Shown here piece after piece: positions 58,403 to 64,000 of a DNA stretch of 64,000 nucleotides. The stretch is from Dictyostelium discoideum (Eukaryota). The notes beneath the pieces are model-generated. The model had not been told where the DNA came from, searched no databases, and was given only the letters and a program-made list of their open reading frames with translations. Location: assembly GCA_000004695.1 (NCBI GenBank), contig CM000153.2, forward strand, positions 736,001 through 800,000, read 5' to 3'. Numbering within the stretch: position 1 is the first letter of the stretch; each line of letters opens with the position of its first letter. The position numbers and the translations under genes are program-made.

Positions 58403-58802
58403 TTGAAAAATAAAATAATAAAAATATCAACAACAACACCCTATTATTTATTTATTTATTTATTTTTTTTTGCTTATTAAAATAATAAAAAAAAAAAAAT
58501 GAAAAAATTTAATTTACTCCCTTTTTTTTGAAAATTTCGAAAAATATAAAAAAAAAAAAAAAATAAAATAAAATTAAAAATAACGTTTTTTTTTTTTTTT
58601 TTTTTTTTTCATTTTATTTTTTAAAAAAAACAAACACTCTTTCATAGCCATACACACATATACACTAAATATTTCACACTTTTTTTTTTTTTTTTTTTGT
58701 TTAATTTTATTTATGAATATTAAATTCTAGTTGTACACACATATACACACACTCAACTAGTTGTTTGACATTTTTTTTTTTTTTTTTTTTTTCTCTTAAA
58801 AA
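58313..58802. promoter_or_regulatory. 490-bp bidirectional promoter between divergent PRP40-like (minus) and GNAT (plus) genes
   Basis: head-to-head ATGs at 58312 and 58803; spacer has poly(T) tracts and CACACA elements. Confidence 0.35.
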
Positions 58803-59906
58803 ATGTCAACCAAAACAAAAAGTGAACCAAACGAATCTCAGCCAACGAAAACAACAGAGATTACACCAACAAATACAACTACTACAGCAACAACTAAAGC
58901 AAGTAGATTAAAAGCATCAAAAGCAGCTGCTGCCGCCGCCGCAGCAGCAGCAGCAGCGGCAGCATCATTGGTATCTTCACCAACAAATACAACAAGTACA
59001 CCAACTCCAACACCAACACCATCACCAACACCATCACCATCACTAACACCAACACCATCACCATCACCAACTCTACCTATTAACAACAACAACAACAACA
59101 ACAATATCAATACACTTAATAAACCACATATACCCTATTCAAATAATTTTAATAGTTATCATAATGGTAATACGGCATATAATAATCCAAGTTTAAATAG
59201 TAATACTACTAGTTTCCCACCACACCCTAATTACCCCTCACCATATTATTACCCTAATCACCCACCACATCCTACTTATCACCATCCTGCGACATCATCA
59301 ACATCAACATCAAACCTAAGTCATAGTAATTCATATAACATAAATCCACCAACGAAAAGACCATATGATAGTATAAATTATACATATTCCAGTAACACAG
59401 CCAATAGTGCGTATGGACATCACCCGCCACCACCACCACCATCATCTTCTTCTTCATCTTCATCATCTTCTTCATCTTCATCCTCATCATCATCTTCTTC
59501 AATGATTAGCGACCCAATAAATGATCATGAAAAAAAGAAAATAAAAAAAATGAAATCGGGACCATTGTTAATAGCAGAAGAGGATTTTATAGCAAATGCG
59601 TTTAGGAATGTTCCAGATAAAGCATTAACACCAGAATTGAGAAGAATAAAGAGGAAATTTATAGTTAGGAAGCAACAAAGATTTTGTGCCATTGATAATT
59701 TTAATATCGATGATAAAGTTTATCAAGGTTTTAGTAAAATAAAGAAAAAAGAACAAAAATTAAATTTATACTATGAAAGAGAAGAAATACCAAGTTTTCA
59801 ACCTAAAACTTTACAACAACAATTATCAGTATTACCAAGTTCTACAACTAGTGCAGTTGCAGCTACAATATCAAATATTAATAATACTTTAAATACCACT
59901 ACTACC

Positions 59907-60005
<99 letters not shown>

Positions 60006-61311
60006 AACAACACTACTACTACAACAACTACAACCACTACTACACCACCACCTATTGTAAATAACACAAACACAAATGCAAATATAAATAATAATAATAA
60101 TAATAATATATCATCAGGAGGAGGAGGAGGGAGGCAAACAGCCCCGATCAACTCAACCAATCAAATAGTTAATACGGTAACATGTACAGTTAAACCACCA
60201 ATTATTCCAACCACAAAAACTATTGATCCACCAAGTTTAATGTCACCATTAATTGCTGCAACATTAGAGCAAGAACGATTAGATGCAGAAAATTTAGAAA
60301 AAGAAAGAAAAAAAAAAGAAAAATTTGAAAAAGAGAGATTAGAAAAAGAGAAATTAGAAAAAGAAAGATTAGAAAAAGAGAAATTAGAAAAAGAAAAGGA
60401 AAGATTATTATTATTAGAGAAAGAAAAAGAAAAAGAAAAAGAACGTTTAGAAAAAGAGAGACAAAGACAAGAAAGAAGAGAAAGAAAAGAAAAAGAACGT
60501 TTAGAAAAAGAGATATTAGAAAGGCAACAACAATTAGAAAATGAAAGATTAGAAAGAGAGAGGCAACAACAACAACAACAACAAATAGAAAATGAACGTT
60601 TAGAGAAATTAGAAAATCAAAGATTAGAGAATGAACGTTTAGAGAAATTAGAAAAGGAAAGATTAGAAAGAGAACGTTTAGAAAAGGAAAGAATTGAAAA
60701 AGAGAGACAAGAACGTCTAGAAAAGGAGAGATTACATAGAGAATCTAAAGAAAAAGAGAGAAGGGAAAAAATTAAACAAGAGAAAATTAGAACTGAGAAA
60801 ATTAAACAAGAGAAATTAAAACAAGAGAATGAAATACTAGAGAAATTAAAATCTGAACCAAATCAACAAACTGCATTATATAAATATTATCATTGGGTAA
60901 AATCATCATCATCATCAAATAATAATAGTAATAATAGTAATCAAAATAATAATAATAATAATAAACCAAAAAGACCATTTCAACCATTAAAAGAATTATT
61001 ATATGGAAGAAGGCAGTTGTTAGATCCTTATGTTAGTCCTCATACTACTAGAGAGTTAAAACCATTCATTCGTAGGGATTATGAATCGTGTCCTCCGAAA
61101 TTACAACAATTACGTGAACTTTATCAATTCTTTAAAATCAATGGTTTAATGCCACCAAAGACTTCACCAACAATTGTATCAATTTATGAATCATCTTCTT
61201 CAACTTCCTCTTCACAAGAAATTTATCCAATTGATTATAAATATTTAACACCAGAATTAGCTGATAGAACAAATCAATTCCTTTGTGATCATTTTTGGCC
61301 TGGTATAAATG
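58803..61311 (+). CDS. GNAT-domain protein exon 1: Ala/Thr/Pro/Ser/Asn/Gln-rich N-terminal region, ~190-aa E/R/K-rich predicted single alpha helix, conserved C-terminal region
   Basis: ATG 58803; (CAA)n polyQ 59903-60005; EKERLEKEKLEKERL.. block 60290-60850; exon ends AAT G + GTAAGT 61312. Confidence 0.7.
59903..60005 (+). repeat. (CAA)n ~33 units coding poly-Gln/Asn
   Basis: perfect trinucleotide run. Confidence 0.9.
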
Positions 61312-61389
61312 GTAAGTACTTTTTAATTATAAATTATAAATTATAATTATAAATTATTTTTTTTTATTTTGGCTAATTGATTTTTTTTT

Positions 61390-61427
<38 letters not shown>

Positions 61428-61434
61428 AATTTAG

Positions 61435-61775
61435 TTGATGATATTTTAGAATATCCAGATTTTACAGTGGTGGCACTTTATAGGTCAATGATTATTGGGT
61501 GTGGATTGATGAATCCTGATGGTTATATTATGTTTATTTCGGTTCATCCAGAATGGCAAGCATGTGGTATTGCATCATTTATGTTGTATCATTTAACACA
61601 AACTATGATTGGTAAAGATATTACCCTTCATGCTTCCGTTAATAATAGTGCTTTAATTTTGTATCAAAAATTTGGTTTCAAACCTGAAGAATTTATAAAT
61701 AATTTTTACGATAAATATTACAGTGATGATAGTGGTAAATCAAAAAATGCGTATCTCCTTAGATTAAGAAGATAA
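61435..61775 (+). CDS. GNAT-domain protein exon 2: N-acetyltransferase fold (..VALYRSMIIGCGLMNPDGYIMFISVHPEWQACGIASFMLYHL..LHASVNNSALILYQKFGFKPEEF..)
   Basis: acceptor AAATTTAG 61434 after poly(T) intron; total 2850 nt = 950 codons in frame; resembles KAT14/CSRP2BP-type C-terminal GNAT. Confidence 0.65.
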
Positions 61776-64000
61776 GGAAGATATTTTTTTTTTTTTTATA
61801 TATATTTTTTTAAAAAAAAAATCTCCTTTTAATAATAAAAAAATAAAAATAAAAAATAAAAAATAAAAAAAAAAAAAAAAAAATAATAATAAAAAAAAAA
61901 GATAATAATAAAATATCTTTTTGCCCAATTTTATAGTTTTTTTTTTTTCAAAATTAGTATCAAAAAAAAAAAAAATTAATATGGTGAAAATGTATATTGG
62001 GAAATTAAAAAAATAATGTGTAAAATAAAAAAATAAAAAAATAAAAAAATAAAATCATTTTTAAATTATAGTATAATACCATCTTTTAATGGGATTGTTT
62101 AGGTTTTTTTTTTTTTTTTTAAATATTTTATTAATTTGGTGATTTAAAAAAAAAAAAAATTTTATATTAAAGTAAAAGAGTAAAAAAGAAAAACATATAT
62201 TTTCATATATTAATAAAAATAATAATTAATAAAATCAGATTTTAACACATTACCAAATTTATTATAAATTAATTTTTATGGATATATTTTTATAATTAAC
62301 ACCAATCAATTAACAATTTGAATCGGTAATATCTCTCTTAAATCAATTCTCAAAAAAAAAAGAAAAAAGAATAAAAAAAAAAAAAAAAAAAAATCTCTTT
62401 AATGATAAATCAATTTCCTTTTTTTATTAAAATATTCATCTCGGTTATAATCATAAAAAAAAAAAAAAAAAAATTAGTTAAAATTAAAAAATACAAAAAA
62501 AAAAAACAATCAGCAAGTAAAAAAAAAAAAATCTGGAAAAAAAAAAAAAAAAAAGAAATTGGGGCAAAATGAATTAGTGTTAGAAAATTATTAACAAAAT
62601 TATTATTATTGTTTTTACAATATTAATTTTTTTTTTTTTTAATTAGAAGATTCTTTTTATTTTTTTATTAGAGAAACTGGAAAAAACTGAGATTGGAAAA
62701 TAAAATGTTAAAAAAAAGTAATATGTTGCTAGAATCTTCATATCATAGATAATTATCATTGCTAAGTTTGGTAGAACACAATTCCATTTTTTTCAAAATA
62801 GTATAAATTTAATTTACCATCTAATCAAAGATATCCAGAGATTCAGAAATTTCACCCTTTTTTTTATTATTATTATTTTTTGAATTAGTTTCACAATTTT
62901 TGTTTATTTTTTTTTTTTTTTTTTCTTTAACACACGAATAAAATAAAATCTACCGATATTTTTTTACTCAAAATTTAACACTAATTTGCAAAGTAGCACC
63001 ATTCTACACTATTATTTATTTATTTTTTTTAAAAAAAAAAAAAACTGTTGATCTTTATTGTTGAATTCAACTTTATTATAATGTCAGTTTGAAGTTTCTC
63101 CCTTTTGGGGGTTATTTTTTTTTTTTTTTTATAAAAAAAACTTTTTTTTTTAATTTTTTTTTTTTTTTTCACCACGAATTTGTGATGATCATTTTACAAA
63201 AAATTAAAATTTTATATAAAATTTGATGTGGATATGTAGTGTGAAGGCAAAAAATAAAAAAAAAACAGCTTTCAACTCATTTTATTATCAAATTTTTTTA
63301 TTTTGAATATTAATCAATAAAATAGTTTATTTTATTTTTTTTTATTTTTTTTTTTATTTTTTTTTTATTTTTTTTATTCAATATAAATAATCAATTGATT
63401 TTTTTTTATTTTTTTCATTTCTTGTGAATTGTAAATTATTAAAAAAACCACAATCAACAAACACTCAAACAATCAACCCCTTTTAGTTTTTCTTTTTTTT
63501 TTTTTTAATTTTTTAAAATAATTTTTTTTTTTTTTTTTTTTTTTTAATTTTTCTAATCAAAACAATAACTGATATTTAATAAAAAACCATATTAAAAAAA
63601 TTCGACCCAACCAAAACTCTAGTTTTATATAAAATAAACCCACTCTCAATCAAACCACTCTTTTTTTTTAAAAAAAAAAAAAAAATCCTCCTCCAAGTAA
63701 CACTCACCAAATTTGTTTACAATAATTTTTTTTTTAAAATTTACAGTGCCATCCAAGTAGTTGCTACCCCAATCCCCTTTTTTTAAGATTTTATTTTTAT
63801 TATCAATAATTTTTTTTTACAAAATCTCACATTGGAAAGATTTTCTATTAATAGCATTTCATTTTTTTTATATATATCCAAATAATTTTTTGTACAACAT
63901 TGTATTTATTTCTAAACAAAAGCCCCAATAATTCAAAAAAATAAAAAAATAATAATAAAAAAAAAAATTAAAATTAAAATTAAAATTAAAAAAATAATAT

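Overview
This window is not prokaryotic. The DNA is about 78% A+T with long poly(A)/poly(T) intergenic tracts. It has coding (AAT)n/(CAA)n runs giving poly-Asn/poly-Gln, and short (80-175 nt) GT..AG introns starting GTAAGT/GTATGT that are more AT-rich than the exons. That pattern fits a dictyostelid social amoeba (Dictyostelium-like) nuclear chromosome, so operon/RBS/CRISPR logic does not apply. I annotated it as eukaryotic genes and derived splice sites by hand where an obvious protein domain was interrupted. The ORF track uses alternative start codons, so many of its M residues are TTG/GTG rather than ATG.

Reading left to right, the window holds about 17 protein-coding genes:
- a weak low-complexity ORF (1091-1534)
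- a giant Asn-rich multi-pass membrane protein with a polymorphic-membrane-protein-like extracellular region (2038-6939, minus)
- a 3-exon gene fusing a RING/TRAF-type zinc-finger N-terminus to a C-terminal thioredoxin fold with an atypical WCDKC motif (7134-8500, minus)
- a secreted GH37 trehalase (10464-12248, plus)
- a 4-exon protein kinase with a long acidic PEVK-like repeat tail (13416-16964, plus)
- a UBR-box N-recognin E3 ligase with a 99-nt intron inside the UBR box (17547-24773, plus)
- two tandem lineage-specific paralogues with ankyrin-like repeats (24908-27256 and 27555-30074, minus)
- a secreted Cys-rich MRH-like-domain protein (30653-31474, plus) followed by two decayed partial copies (31690-32369)
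- an ABC transporter with a poly-Asn insert in its nucleotide-binding domain (32532 to at least 35009, minus)
- a 3-exon GPI-type LRR/IPT-like surface protein (36790-38855, minus)
- a 2-exon MEF2-type MADS-box transcription factor (39937-41399, minus) lying downstream of a 5.9-kb region with no coding capacity
- a 3-exon hypothetical gene (47267-48202, plus)
- an 8-exon secreted Cys-rich protein of about 1423 aa (49263-54130, plus), built from three near-identical tandem exon-intron cassettes plus Gly/Asn and 60-residue perfect repeats
- a 3-exon Yip1/YIPF5 homologue (55068-55911, plus)
- a 3-exon PRP40-like splicing factor with WW and FF domains (56074-58312, minus)
- a 2-exon protein with a C-terminal GNAT acetyltransferase domain (58803-61775, plus), which shares a short bidirectional promoter with the PRP40-like gene

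All coordinates come from manual codon counting and should be confirmed computationally.
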